Below are positions 34,307-48,200 of a stretch of 64,000 nucleotides of DNA, in pieces. How positions within the stretch are numbered: position 1 is the stretch's first letter; the number at the start of each line of letters is the position of its first letter. The stretch is taken from contig OZ365112.1 of NCBI GenBank assembly GCA_977030845.1, positions 13,888,001 through 13,952,000 on the forward strand. The letters run 5' to 3'. A model generated the notes under the pieces. It was not told the origin of the DNA and made no database searches. It saw only the letters and a program-made list of their open reading frames with translations. The stretch is from Fimbriosthenelais zetlandica (lineage: Eukaryota). Made by a program: the position numbers and the translations under genes.

Positions 34307-35990
34307 TTCTTCTTCAGCATTTAACAAGCTTCGCCGTGTGCTTCAACCACTTCCAACACAGGAGAGAAAGAATCATAAAACAAAACCCGTGAGAGCATTG
34401 GTTACCCTTTTTTGTGATGACTACATACAGGCATTTGGGGCTCCTAGCAATACAATTACCTATAGTAGAAAGAGGGGGCAAGCCATCATGGGTCCTTGGT
34501 TTTTTTTTGGAAGTTTGGTAAAGGCATATAGGGGGTGTTCAGCTGTAAGGAACCTGCTGAGGTACAATATATAACTGTGCCTCTTGCAGGGTCCACCAGC
34601 TGGTAATGGCTAAGATGTTTATGGAGAGATGATTATAATGATTCTGATGATGATGTCCTTACTCGTCATTTGACCTCTTTACCTCGTGCGCATCTTCATT
34701 ACTATGGAAATGAGGTATTATCCTGTCCTCGCCAGGGCACCACTGTTTTGTGGGTCTACTGCGTGGTGATTTTTTATTTCTCTCCCTCGCCAAAGATGAT
34801 TTTCGATATTTGTTTGCTAAGAGACAGAGTTAGTATGTCCAAATTATTAACGGGAACGATGACACTGCCTCTCCTGTAGAGAAAAGGGCACATTCACTCT
34901 CAAAACACACCAAAAAAAGATGTAAAAATGTTCAGCTACCGACGTTGATACAATGTGGGATAGTCTTTTATATTTAAACATGAATTGGAGGAATTCATTC
35001 CAAACGCTCCGTATGTCTGTCAGTTTGACCACTCGGGGGTTTGAGATGTTAGCGATATATGACACGCAGACCTGCAGGGCCCATTGAGAAGAAAATAATA
35101 ATTTTAGATAATGTAAATGATTGTAAGGTGTATTGTAATGTGACTGAGGGACAAAAAAAATGTAAATTTGCTTTTCTTTGGGTAGCGATATGGTTGTGTG
35201 TCTGAAGCGCAGTGTTTTGGAGCATTTTTGTCTGTGTCTGGCAGCACGTTTGAATGAGTGGTGTAAACAAATATTGTTATACATAAATGTACTCATGTCT
35301 GTCTTGTAAAAAATAATCAGCATCTTCAGGGTAACGATTAACAGTGTAACAATAGATCGACACAGGGAGCAAGGGAGGAGACTTGGTAGAAAGAAAGCTA
35401 ATGAATGAAGCCAGCATATTGGGCCTGAAACATAATGTTCACATTCTTTCCAAGTATATCCCCTTTTATAAACTCTGTTTCAATCATGTACTGTTCTTGG
35501 AAATATATGAATAACTCTTGGAAATATGGTTTTCAGATGGAAATGGCAAAAAGTAAGGTGTCCAGGATCATAATTTAAAATTGACAGGAGAGCTGGGGAT
35601 GTCCTGGAAAGCACCAAGTAACCTAGAGGTTTGCTTTTGGTTGCAGGGTCAGGTCATCTATTAGATTCTATCTTCAGGTTTGTTTGGGTTCGCCGCGGTG
35701 TGCCCAGGCAGGTCTTTGTGGTCGCTTATTGTAATGTTGGGAGCCTGGGGAGAAGGCGTGGAAGATTTACGATATATTGGCTGGTAAAGGTGTGACTGGC
35801 CATCAGGGAAGTGTGGAGACTCACACCTGTAGTGTTTCTCACACTATCCTCACTCTGACGAGCCTCAGGTAGGCTTACATGACCTTAACCTCACCTCACC
35901 TACAATAGTGACCTCAATATAGAGGTTATGGCCGTGATCCACTGGCTCAATTTGGCAGAGGTTGCACTTTTGGAAAATGTTCATTAAATT
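34307..35990 (+). other. Putative Lox4 3' UTR (end uncertain)
   Basis: AU-rich sequence follows the stop. I saw no AATAAA or ATTAAA until ATTAAA at 35983-35988; the next AATAAA is at 36781. The boundary is a guess. Confidence 0.35.
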
Positions 35991-36194
35991 ATAGCAATTT
36001 TCGATGAGAAAACTTAAAATTCCAGACCAACATTTGTTGGTTAAAAACCCACCAATTTGGGTTTATTAGTTATCAAAATTGATGGTAAGGTGAGTTGAGG
36101 AAGGGACACAGTGGATTCAGAGTTTAATCATTCACATAGTGAACAAAGGCTTTCAGTGCACTCCTCACAATGGTTGACCATGCATAACAGTAGT

Positions 36195-36289
36195 CAGGGG
36201 GCTGTTCCATAACAAAGATGCACTATAATCAACTATGGTAAGGTCTATGGCCTAATGGAGATACTGTTTCTTTTGAAACATGCCTCCAG
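36195..36289. mobile_element. Short TIR mini-element, same family
   Basis: CAG-GGGGCTGTTCCAT ... TTGAAACATGCCTC-CAG. CAG flanks both ends (possible CWG target duplication), and the inner AACAAAGAT start is shared with the 33826 copy. Confidence 0.45.
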
Positions 36290-39200
36290 CCTTGTCTCAA
36301 TTGATTTGTGAACCGTCCCTGCACCTGCGACCAGCAAATATATCGGTGAACATGAAATCCATTCAACTTCTGGCTTTTCCAGCTTCCTCCTGTCAAGTTG
36401 GTCACTTACTATTTGTTATTTACAAATTTGAATTAGAGTTCATTATAGATACCACTGTTTGTGCAGTGCATAGCAATTCTTTGATTAACCTATTTCCAAT
36501 GAGGGCAATCTATATTTAAAGAATAGTTGAATGAAAACAGGTTTGATCACTGGGTCTATTTACACTCTTGGAAATGGTAGTTATTCAATGATGACACCAG
36601 TAAATCTGTGAAGAAAGAAATACGCAGATTCTGCTGAATGAGCAATGTTACTTATTCAACGAGTCATCATAAAATAACAGCCATGTTTTACAGTGTATGA
36701 ACATTTATGTAGGAGAGAAACTTAAAATCAGCCAAGGCGCAGACGATTTGACTGTATTGATATGGATAGGGAAAGCCGAGAATAAAACAAGTTGTTAACA
36801 TTCTTGGCTAAAGCGATACTTGATATCAAAGGAATAGGAAATGGCTACTGAAAAGAGTTTTTGTCGAAGGCTCTCAGTTGCCGTCCCCATTTAGAAGCCA
36901 GGAGCTCCCACCCGCCATCCTAAATCAAGAGAAGGGGTAAAATTCTTAACTTTAACACTTTAACAGAGATGCTTTTTCGTCTATCCATTCGTGGTAACGT
37001 TATACTGCTTCTTTGCATGGCAGACTTCTGAGAAAGTCACAAATGTGGGAAAGTAACTGGTGTTTCTAGCTTTTCTTATCTCGAGATTTTTTTATTTTGC
37101 AGCATGCACATTTTTTATTTACAGCATGCACGATAACACTGAGTATGTGACGTAATATAAACAAAGTAAATTGGACGCTAAAACTAATCAATTGGTAAAA
37201 GTGATTTTAAATTGGAATCGTATTTGATTCCAGTTTTCAATCAAACCATAGGGGAAATATTTATGAGTTTTATCATTTAGAAAATGCGTGCAAGGTTGGG
37301 TTGAGGCTGCGTTGTAGTTACCACTCCTACCTCATGTATATGCTTCAAGATGCAAATGAGCACTTTACTATTATGTATGCCTATTTACGGACTGGGGAAG
37401 ACAGAGAAATCCATAATCATTTTTTGTCATGGGACAGAAAACCTGTATAATTGAAGTCTCCCCTAAGCTACGGTGGTTGACTGATGAAGATTACATATTC
37501 ATTTTCACCAACATATCTCTTCCTTTTAACATCCTTTCGTGTACTTAATCATGAATTAGTTATAAGAACCATTAGGTCCATTGTAATTTATTTTCGTTGT
37601 TCATTATTTCCTAGGTAATGACAATTATTCATGCAGACTCGAGGTTTTCATTTGCAAAGCTAATGGGGGAAGCTTAAGTTTTCTGTCCCATGGCCTTATT
37701 ATATATACGTCAACACCGTTTATTATGATTTTTAACTGAAGCTGTTAAGGCGCAGCTGTTGTGGAATACAAAGTCACATAAGCCCACCGCGTTCTGTGGG
37801 GCTTAGTTCCCAAATCTCTCAGGTACACTGTATTAAGGTTTTGTTGCATGTGTGTGTATTGGATCCCCCAGTATATTCTATATTCAATACTCAGTGTTGT
37901 ATTGTTCAGAATGACGAAAGATGGCTATCTCATACAGTTATTTCACAGTACACTGTACAAGTTTAATCAACTCCAGTATCTCTATGAGAGAAAATAATTA
38001 TATAATCATGGAAGATAAGTCATTTGGCTTATATGATTTCATTTATCGAAGGACATAAAGGGTTGGTGGTCATTAAATGATATGCTATATTCTAGGTTAT
38101 TGGTGTTATGTGTTTGTAACTGCAATTCAGTGGTTGTGTCTTGTTGAGTGAAATATTGTCGCAAATGGTACACCAGGGTGAGGTTTTAAAATGTGGGAAA
38201 ATGAGTTGATGTCCTTTAATGTTCTTGTAAATCTGGCGGGCTGTTCAACATTTCAAGAATGTTTGTATGAAGATGATTTTCAACGAGGAAAACTGGACCA
38301 TCTCTCTAATTACTTACTTGCAACATTCTATTGATCAACCCCAGTTCAGGGGTTATTTCTCTTTCCTCCAAATGACAAACCACAACCACCACCAAATCAC
38401 CCCCTATGATTATGCTTTAATGGAAAAAAAATGGTACGGTGCACTTTCATATTTGCATACTGATCATCCTACGTATATCTATGTCTGTCTTGTTTTCTAT
38501 ACCAAAATACGACAATGTTACATGTATACATCCAATGGCAGATATTTTAGAAATAAGTTTTGTACACAGAGAAGAGGTGTTGACATGGATTTGCGATGCC
38601 AACCAAGTTTATACCTAATGTAGGGCCATATACATGTCATTGTTAAATGTGCATTGGATAGGGCAAGCAAGAAACCCATGATTATTGTCACATTATTGTA
38701 TGGAGTTGTATTCAACGGTGCTTTTTAATCCACAAAAAGGCAAGATGTAAGACATATAGGTATGATTATAACGATATTATGTATATGGCGGACCTATGCT
38801 TGTAATTTATGTCAACTTTAGGTCTGCATCTCTGTAAGATTGAGTCTTAATTTGTGTCTACTTTATCCGGTGAGAATCAATTATTCCAATACTGACAAAT
38901 GGTGAACTGCCTTTGGGGTGCATCTAGCATATCCAGAAACAATTATTTTCATTGATTATTGTCAAAAAACCGATGCTTTCATACACACTCATGTACTTTT
39001 TGCAAACCATGATTTCTTTACACAGGACTTTCAAAAATATTCCTTTGAATTATCGATGATAACTATGGAATTATTCAATGTGGTATCAGAGATGAAGTAT
39101 TTCCTATAGGCTTTTCTAAAGGATGAACTTGTCTCAAAGACAATCCTGAGTTATATGAGTTATATTAATTTGGGTGTTAATTAAGATAATGTTTTATTGC

Positions 39201-42200
39201 ACAATAAGACCATTTCCTCTTGAATGTGGTCACTTAGTGAGGTGAACAATATTTGATTAGTTAGGTTATTGTTGTCACTAATAATTATTAATTTTCTGTT
39301 AATATTTTTTTTTACTTCTATATAATTATTTTGCCTTTTTGAAAGCTTCAAAGATTGAAATGAGTTTGCAATTTCTCTCCCAAGAAATATGACAAATACC
39401 TTTTGTGATGTTTCAGATGATTACAATAGTTGTTAGGTAATTTATTACCTTTCAGTGCGCAAATATTTTTCTTTGCTTTTTTTGTGATACCTTTTTTAGT
39501 TGAAATAGTTTTTGTAACCTGAGTCGGACCATTTTGCAATTTCTTGTTGTGATGTTTTAGACCTCGAGATAGGAAAAAAATGAAACAATCAATCTTATAT
39601 ATATGCGCATGTTAGAATGAATATCCCATAATTTAAACGCCCTAATAATGTTGATATGCTCTTCTGACTTAAATGGACCTAATGACAACAAATATGGAGG
39701 AATAATTGAGAGTTAGTTAATTAATGTAATTACAAATGGAGCACCATGATAGGCATGTAGTAGGACACTGCACTGAACATTGACCTCTGTGAATTTGTTA
39801 GGAGAGGGTGAGCGCTCAATATTACAACGATCTCATAGAGTGTTTTTGTAAAATATGGCTTTATGGATTTAAGGACAAAGGTGAAAGTCTAAACCCTAAA
39901 TATTATACATTTTGGATTCTTTGTCCTTTCATTTCTGGGTTTCTTCGCACGTTACCCCTCTGATTCCCACTGTTCCTCAGTAGAATGTGATATTTTTATC
40001 AGTGGGAATTCGGGGGTTAATCACTGTGACTACTGTTATTAGTTAGCTAACTATAATTAGTCCACTTAACACACCGTTTAGTATTTAGTGAACATTGCTT
40101 TGAAAAGCTGAGTATGAATTCCTTCCAATGATTAGAAAAAAAGACCTTTTGACAATATTCTTAGCTTAAGTTTCCATAATTTAAATTTGAATAGATTTCA
40201 GTTAAATGACATAGTAATATGCGCAAGAGGGTACACATACCAAACTTGGATGCAAGATGGTGTGAACTAAACATTCAATTTTTTTTCTATTCCCAAGAAA
40301 ATTGAGAACACTCAAAATAATGTTCTGTATTGTATCATGTCAATAGCCATAATATCAATTTATTTTCGTCAGTGTGATGTAATGTGTTATGTAATACACT
40401 TACATGCTTGGTACTTTTATGATATAGATTCCAAGGAACAATTCATTTTTGTAAGGTTGTCAACCCGTTTATATATGGAGGAGCGACTGCTCCAAGGATA
40501 CAACATTCAAGACTGGGGCCCTGCCAATGACCCTCCCAATTCTACATGTGGATAGTTATAGAATATATGTCCTCGTACGTTTAGAATAATCCAAACGGGT
40601 GAAATAACTACTATAATAATAGGTATATATTATATCACACTAATAAATTATTACAACATTTGTAAGTGACACCGCCTTTGCCTCTTTCTTTCGTTTCTTC
40701 TATTTAACTTCGCAAGAAATACACAATAGTGTACTACTATACAAGTCAATTTGTTCAGACTCTGAGCAATGAAACGTCGAACCATTCCGTCCGTTCCTCC
40801 TGAGCTAGGAAGCAAACTATTTGATCACCCCCTAACACTGCATCTTGTGATCATACGTTTTTAGCAAGACTGCATATTCTTTTCCATAAAAGCATTTAAA
40901 AAACCTTTTCACCGAGGTCTCAGTCAGTCGGTCAAAGCCCTGGTAATGCTTGAAAGGCTTATAAAAACCCAGGCATACCTTCTTTCAGTGTGCCCATTGG
41001 TACTGAGATTTACGTCTGGTGGCCCCTTTTACTTCTAATAATTGGCCTGACCGCGACTGACAACAAGCCTTAATTAATTTGATTCGGAGGCGGGCGTACA
41101 TGAAAGCCTCTCCGTCACAGCTAATTATACCTGGACTAATGATTCACGAGGCCTACAAGTGCCTTCCTAAACCAAAACCACCTATTACATTATACATTAA
41201 AATTCAAAGATTTATTATTGCTATTATTGAAAATTTTCTATTTGAAAAATAGCAAAATACCTTCGACTAGCAGGACAGTATTTTGCAATGCATTTCCTCC
41301 AGTGGAATAATAGTCCTGCGAAGCTATGGATCGGTCGCTTCATCATTTGTATAATATGCAGTCGAGTGGGAGATACACCGTAACATATGATCTGTATATG
41401 GTCTAAAGGCAGAACGCCCCTTTCATCCTGTACTGTAATGATATACCTCAATCATGGCCATCATCATCACCCCTGGAGGAACCCCTCCGGTGCCAAGGAT
41501 CTGTTCCGGGATGGACTTTATTGGACACAGACCAATTTGTCCCATGGCCGCTGGTCCTCCTGCTAGGGCCATGATAATAAAGGATGGGTATGTGGAGGTA
41601 TAGGAGAGAGAGAACCTGCTCGAATAAGTATGAGATATACAGCTACATTATATTGAAATCATTTTCAATCCAGAATGTCCGTAGATACTATCCACTACAA
41701 GTATATCACGTCCACATAGAAATATGTATGTGAAACCAGAGACTTAGTGCAGAAGGTATTGGAAGAAGAAAGAAGGCGGCTGGGAAAGGGAGTATAGATC
41801 AAAAGAACTATCATGAATTTATAACTAGCACATCCTGTACAAGTCGCTAAGACCCATGTCTGCCTCCTAATAGCCTCCTATCATTATCCATATTCACAAT
41901 CACAAAGCTAGACCACACCCTCATCACCATCAATATGGCAGAAGGAATTTCACTTGAAATATTAAAGCCCCTGTACCAATTATCAAATTAATAATCTCTC
42001 ATTTGCTTGCTGCTGCTACTGTTAAAGGTGTCCCAAGGCTGCAGACAATGTAAGTAGTATAGGCAATTCGGCAATGGGAATTTGACTCGGGCTCCGAGTG
42101 AAGCATAGCTCACTTATCCATAAAAGTAACTTTGGTGATTTAAACTAAATTATATATATGTATATTTTAACTTTGGTTGAATGAGAGGGAGGGTGAGTGG

Positions 42201-45200
42201 GCAGTGGGCTTAGTGGCGAGGAAAGGAGAGTGGCAGGAACATAGAATTTCCATATGAACAAACGCCTTGAAATTCATGTAGAATCTCCTCGGAGGGAAAG
42301 TTTTGCAGCAACTCGTGCTGTATTCGAGTAGAAATAGCATGAAGGTCTGGTGAAATTTCATCTTTGGACCAGGCATATATAGTTATGAATGACAAATGGT
42401 GCCCTGACATGGCCCCATGATAACCCATCAATAGTCTATGGCTAGATGGTCTAGAATCATGCTAACACTCATACTTAAGACATGGATTCACTACATAAAA
42501 CTTTCCTGGCTTCTGGACTGTTTTAGCATGCCTTGATTGAGACAATTGTTGCTCCAGGTGTTACTGCAACCACATTTACTAATTATCAAAATGGCATATG
42601 GCATGCAAAATCCCATGAGACAATTTCAATAGATTCGGCATTCGATAAGAAAGCTGTTGACCATTAGCCATTACAAAGTAGGACATCCTAGCTGTGAAGT
42701 ATTTGCAGCTATGGTTCATTGATTTCAAGTTCAATTACATAGAAAGACTCTTCCCTTCAAGACTTCCATATTTTTATATGACAAAGGAATAGTTTAATTA
42801 GTGCATCAGGCCTTTTAGGTATATTGTGACAATTAGCTCCATCTCCTCTAAACCGGAAGATGGACGGCGCCTCCCAACTCCTCTCGGCAAGGTTACATTT
42901 GCTCCAGGAGGAGGGTGAAATAGAAAACCTGTTTCACCACTAATTGCAGCAGAAGAACATGAGTCAGAACTGCAAATGTCAAAAGCAAGCATATTTCAAT
43001 CAGGATCATTAGCGAAATTTAAGTCATGGGAGGCCTCTAGCAATGAAATCCAAGGAAATGATTGAAGCTTTCCAGGAATGGCTTTTCTAGGAGCAATATG
43101 GAGGCATTATCGATACTCAAAACAGGGGTATTATAATGTCCCACTGAAATTGTGAAACAGATTGCTACAGGGCTTTGATTTTTGGCCTCGTCCAGTCACC
43201 AAAAAGTTTTACTGAGTATCAGTAAAACTGAGTCTTATTTACTTAGAAGATTCAATAAGTCAGCCCTTTATAACGTCGCAATATAGGCATTCTCATACTC
43301 TTGGATCTTGGAAATATCTCTCGTATCGTATCACGGATTCTGTACAATGCATTGCCTGTGACGGACACTATCAGGGTGTTAAAAAGTGCCTCTTTACACA
43401 AGAGCAGCATGGAGAGAGAGATGAGTTGTTTGTGATCTGGCAACATGAACCAAGGAGCAGCTCGTTTTGAGCCAGCAGTTGCTCTCCTATCACCTTGACA
43501 CCCGCTACTCAATCAGTGAGAGAGAGCCAGAAAAAGCGGCGGCAAGCATTGTTAGAACAATCAGCGGCCCATGGCTGGAGGTAGGTATTCTCCGAGAAAA
43601 ATGAAGGCGGAATGATCAGCTGAGAAGATGAAGAAAAAGCCAAGCATACTCAAAAGCATCTGTCACTTGGGACAATCCCAACCTTACATTAACTCACAGA
43701 TTTTCTTGAATGCCAATTGCAGCAATTGTCAAGTTTATAATTATTAAATGCCAATTTACAAACACGTTATGGCAATTCAGCTCATTTGGCTATTCATGTT
43801 TCTCAACTTTTTTAGGGGAGGGAAAGAAAATTGCTAAAACAAAGGGTTGACTTGGCATTTGAAATGTTTGCTCATTAATAAATAACCGCCATTTCTAGTG
43901 CCTTTATCCAGGAGAAGGTCAGGACCAGTGAATGTAGAGAGGTCTTATTTTTTTGCCCTATAAAGTTCTCATTGGTGCCAGGGAACACAATACTAGGGTG
44001 TCTGCGTCTGCATTTAAAATCAAAACAAATGGATTGAGGGTGTCCGACCAATGTGGGCCCTTCATAGATCATGCCTTAGATTATAGCATCTTTTGAGTGG
44101 CAAATGGGGAATGTCACATGACGTATGATGACTGGTCATTCAAAGCTTATTGGTAGGTGGTCAATGGGGAGGTCAGTGTAAGGGGAGAGTGATAGAAAGA
44201 CAAGACCATGACCTCTACTTAATCATTATATGCTTGGAAAACCTAGCTTAGAAGATCAATTAAGGACAAATAAGCTTAGGGAATTATTCAAGGATGTTGG
44301 TTGGGGACCATTGCCATCCCTTCTTTTTCATTAACTTCTGAAACAGCCTTGAGATGTCTGGGCTCTTTTAAATCATATATTCAGATGAAGGATATGTTTC
44401 CGCGCCCAGAGCATCTCAGATGTAAGGTGTATGTATTCTATTATTCCGTGGAACTTCCCTAAGAAGTGCATACCCGAGGCATAGCTGCCCCTTAGTACAG
44501 GCGACTTCGATCCAATCGATGTCCACCCAAATTCAAATCAATGTACACCTAAGCTAAACATAGGCCTAGTTCAAATCTAAGGCATCAACTTAAAGTCTAT
44601 TTTCTGGTGCAGTAATACATGGTATAACTTGCTTGCATGCAACACAAGCCATTGTCAGCACTTAATGTGAGCAGCACCTCAGGCTCAACAGCTCATAAAT
44701 CAAAGGCGAGCTGCTCCACTTATCCTCAATTACCTACACACCCATTCTCCTGGCAGTCTCAGTGTATTACCACTATTGGACTGATATCAAGTGGCATCAC
44801 AGGGCAAGAGATATATGACATCTATATAATCTTCAGAGTGAAAGCGTGAATTGTCCCAGATCTGACGCGACACATGATCCCATAGTGTCAAATATTCATG
44901 GCCCAGCATGGGACTGTGGTGCTCAGCACATCAGACATTCAGATGCATCCTAATGCATTCCACCTCAGTTCATAATGCTTTCCCAGTGTATCTGCAATAT
45001 AGAAGGCCCGTCAAGCATATAGCATATAACTATTTCAGTACTTTGGCACCGAAAATCCCCAATGAGGTGACTATTTGAATTGATGAGCACCAACTGACAA
45101 TAAAATAATCTCATAATGGCTTGGCTAATATGGAGGGAAACCTTGAATTATTTTATGCTTTATTGATGTAATTCTGCAGGCATATCATGGTTTCATTGTT

Positions 45201-48200
45201 CCTGGATTCTCGACTATAAATCATCAACATTGAGGTACAGTATATTCACCATCAAGCATTGTATCAGAGAGTAATACTCAATATATAATTTCCTAAATTT
45301 GCTCATTTCTTTGTAATGACATATATTCCACACATCTACCAAAGGTTTAAACCATTAGACTTATATATGGAAAACTTTTGTGTATTTAAATACAATGACC
45401 AGATTCTCGTATGTGTTGTCGAATGAAATGTTTGGAATGTGTGTTCACTGGTGATCGATCATCTACTATTATAATGATAATGCCCTGAATAGAATAGGGC
45501 AGTTTCCTGTCACTTGATTGGAGGAAATAGCTTATGAGGAAATGGTATAATGGAAGATACTTGTGTAATTACAATGAGGCTTTTTTCAACCATAAACTCC
45601 CCCTTGTTTCCTATTCAGCACTTGATTTAGCCTGAAATAAACACAAATATATAAAGCTAGCGAGGTAACTGTTTGGTATACTAAATTGATACACTCTGGC
45701 CAGTATTTGCTTGTATTATCACTCACTTTTTACACCATAACAACTGCACTACGACGGCCGCATTCCAGTTTGAATGTGAAAAAAACTCCTTATGGCCTCC
45801 CGAGTTGATAGGTTAAAATCCGTTGGGCTGGCATAGAATGTATGTTATTCCGTGATAGAAATATCGTGAGGAGCCTACTGCCTTGGTGGTCAAGCCTGGG
45901 ACTCTTGGCACAGGTAGCCTGAGCCACGAGTTTGGAAGAAAATTATTGAAGCGCGACTGACTTTGATTGGGGTGATTGGATGTCGAGGCAATCATAGTGG
46001 ATTAGACTCGGACTTGAATGTCTCCCTACTATTCTTAGAGAGGAAGGTGGATAGTGTCGTGTATCAACGGGTTCGCGTCGGCTGTTATTACGTCCCAAAA
46101 CAACTGCGAGAAAAGCTCTCATGTGTTAACCCCTAATTGGCTGGCTATAGTATAAACAAAACTGGTTTGATGATTATTGCTCGAGTGCACAGGGGGCCTT
46201 TTCTGACAATGTCAGTTGAACTTGGACTGACTTCGCCACCTTATTATTACTCGTTTCACCGGATTACACCCATTGACAGAAGGTTGGAATAATTCTCTAG
46301 ACAACTACAATATTGTATGCTTATAAGGTCATAGTTCCAAACACTCAAAGCTCAAGAATCACTCTGCTTTGACAAATATCTAAATCTGAATCTATCCCGG
46401 CCTCCATCGCTCCTACGGCTAATACCTGGCCATCGGCAACGTTTGAGGGCAACTAAAATTCAGGCGCTCACCCTGCCTCTGGGGGCAATGTTTGAAATTA
46501 TGTGCTGACAGGAAGGCGAGGGCACAAATGAGTGAGATGATGGCTCTAAACTGGACCTTGTTCGGACAGTCTGTCCAGTTTTACAAAGGAAAGTTCTCAG
46601 TGCTTTTGACAAGCAAGCCTTCTTGCTGGTCACTTGTGGGTAGCCAGCCGGCCAATTATTCCCACCACTTCGCATACAGACGACCACTGGACCTGGGTCA
46701 GACGGCACCCCATACTACTCACTTGATTAAAGAATTCACACCGAAATGAGCTGTTCCCAAGAGATGGAAAGGGAGAGACGGCAGGGAAACCAATAACGGA
46801 TTCTGAGGTAGGTGTTTGTGTTATGGTTAATTTTGACCAGGAATGTTGATGTTCACCAATTATGCTTTTAGCCATGATATACTATTATATCGAAGCACAA
46901 TGATCCCAGGCCATTCCCATGCAAAAATATGAATATGAAAAATATGTATGAATGCAAATCTGACCCATAATGTATGACTTTCTAAGGCACCAGCCTATTA
47001 TCAGTTGACACGATAAAGGGAAGGTTTCGAAATGTCAAACAATATCAAGTCAATTTTAAATACCCGTGGCATATGAAAAATGTAGGTCTACTCGCATACA
47101 AAATCAAACATATAGTATAATATATCCAATTTATATTGATCAACTGTGGCAATTCAATAAATAAATACAAATATTTGATAGGACCACCATTGCAATGTGT
47201 ATGTGGCTATCTAAATAGGCGTATATACCGATAAAGTCATGAGGAGAGCCTGGATAGCCAAAGATTGGCAGGAGGCGTCAAACCATCTGGTACACGCCCG
47301 ATAAAATGTACATCTTTCATAGACTACTCACAGAGAATAGAGCTCCCCTATGGTGAATGGGACTGACATATTTCTGGAGCAAGCATCGGCTGTAGAGCTA
47401 GATCTCTGCCAGATTACCCAGTCGAGATATGTCATTTATCACGGGGCAGGGAAAAGGCGACGACAAAAGGCCATAGTCAAAGCAGCTCTGTTATCTGGCA
47501 TTAGGTTTTTGAAGAGGACCAAAAGGCAGACATGGAGCATAATAGCGTCATCGACGCACTATGAAAAACGTCAATGCACCATCATGGTCTAAGCTGATTG
47601 ACATTAATGTACAGCTATATCAAAGGCATGTCAAGGGTCCATGGTAAATTTATAATTCCAAACAAAGTGACGAATTGGTCATAGACAATCTAGATAAGAT
47701 AGTTCTAATATAGACCTATATTTGGGGAAAATAACACTCGATACCTTGTCTGACAGAATGTTTTGAAATTTGGAATCAGTTTTAATTTATGACACTGAAG
47801 AGCTTTAAGGTATAAGACACAAAGTTAATCTCATGACTCATCTGTATTTAATGGACTAAACTAACTATGGTGCCTAGAGGAAACAGAGAAAAAAGTTGAT
47901 TTGATACTTGCTTCCGCATAGGTAGATGTTAATTTCCTCTCGGCAGTTTATACACTCAATCCACCGAGATGATAATCATTACACGGGATATAGAATAAGA
48001 GAGTGAGCAGAACGAGCAGCTCAGTAATGAGCTCCTCCACCTACTCCTCATCCCGATCAAACGCCAGCTAATTATTCCATACCAATTTCACCAATTCCTC
48101 TAATGGCTCAATGTTTCAAACGCCCCACCAGGCCACTGTCAACCACTGTCATATTTACTGTGGCCAAACTGTCAACAAAGGCAGTAAAACTACAAAACAA

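Noticed and set aside
40040-40053. Perfect 14-bp palindrome TAGTTAGCTAACTA
   Set aside because: About 4 such palindromes are expected by chance in 64 kb.
40912-40950. tRNA/SINE A-box-like stretch
   Set aside because: No B-box or cloverleaf; no tRNA or rRNA gene is supported anywhere in the window.
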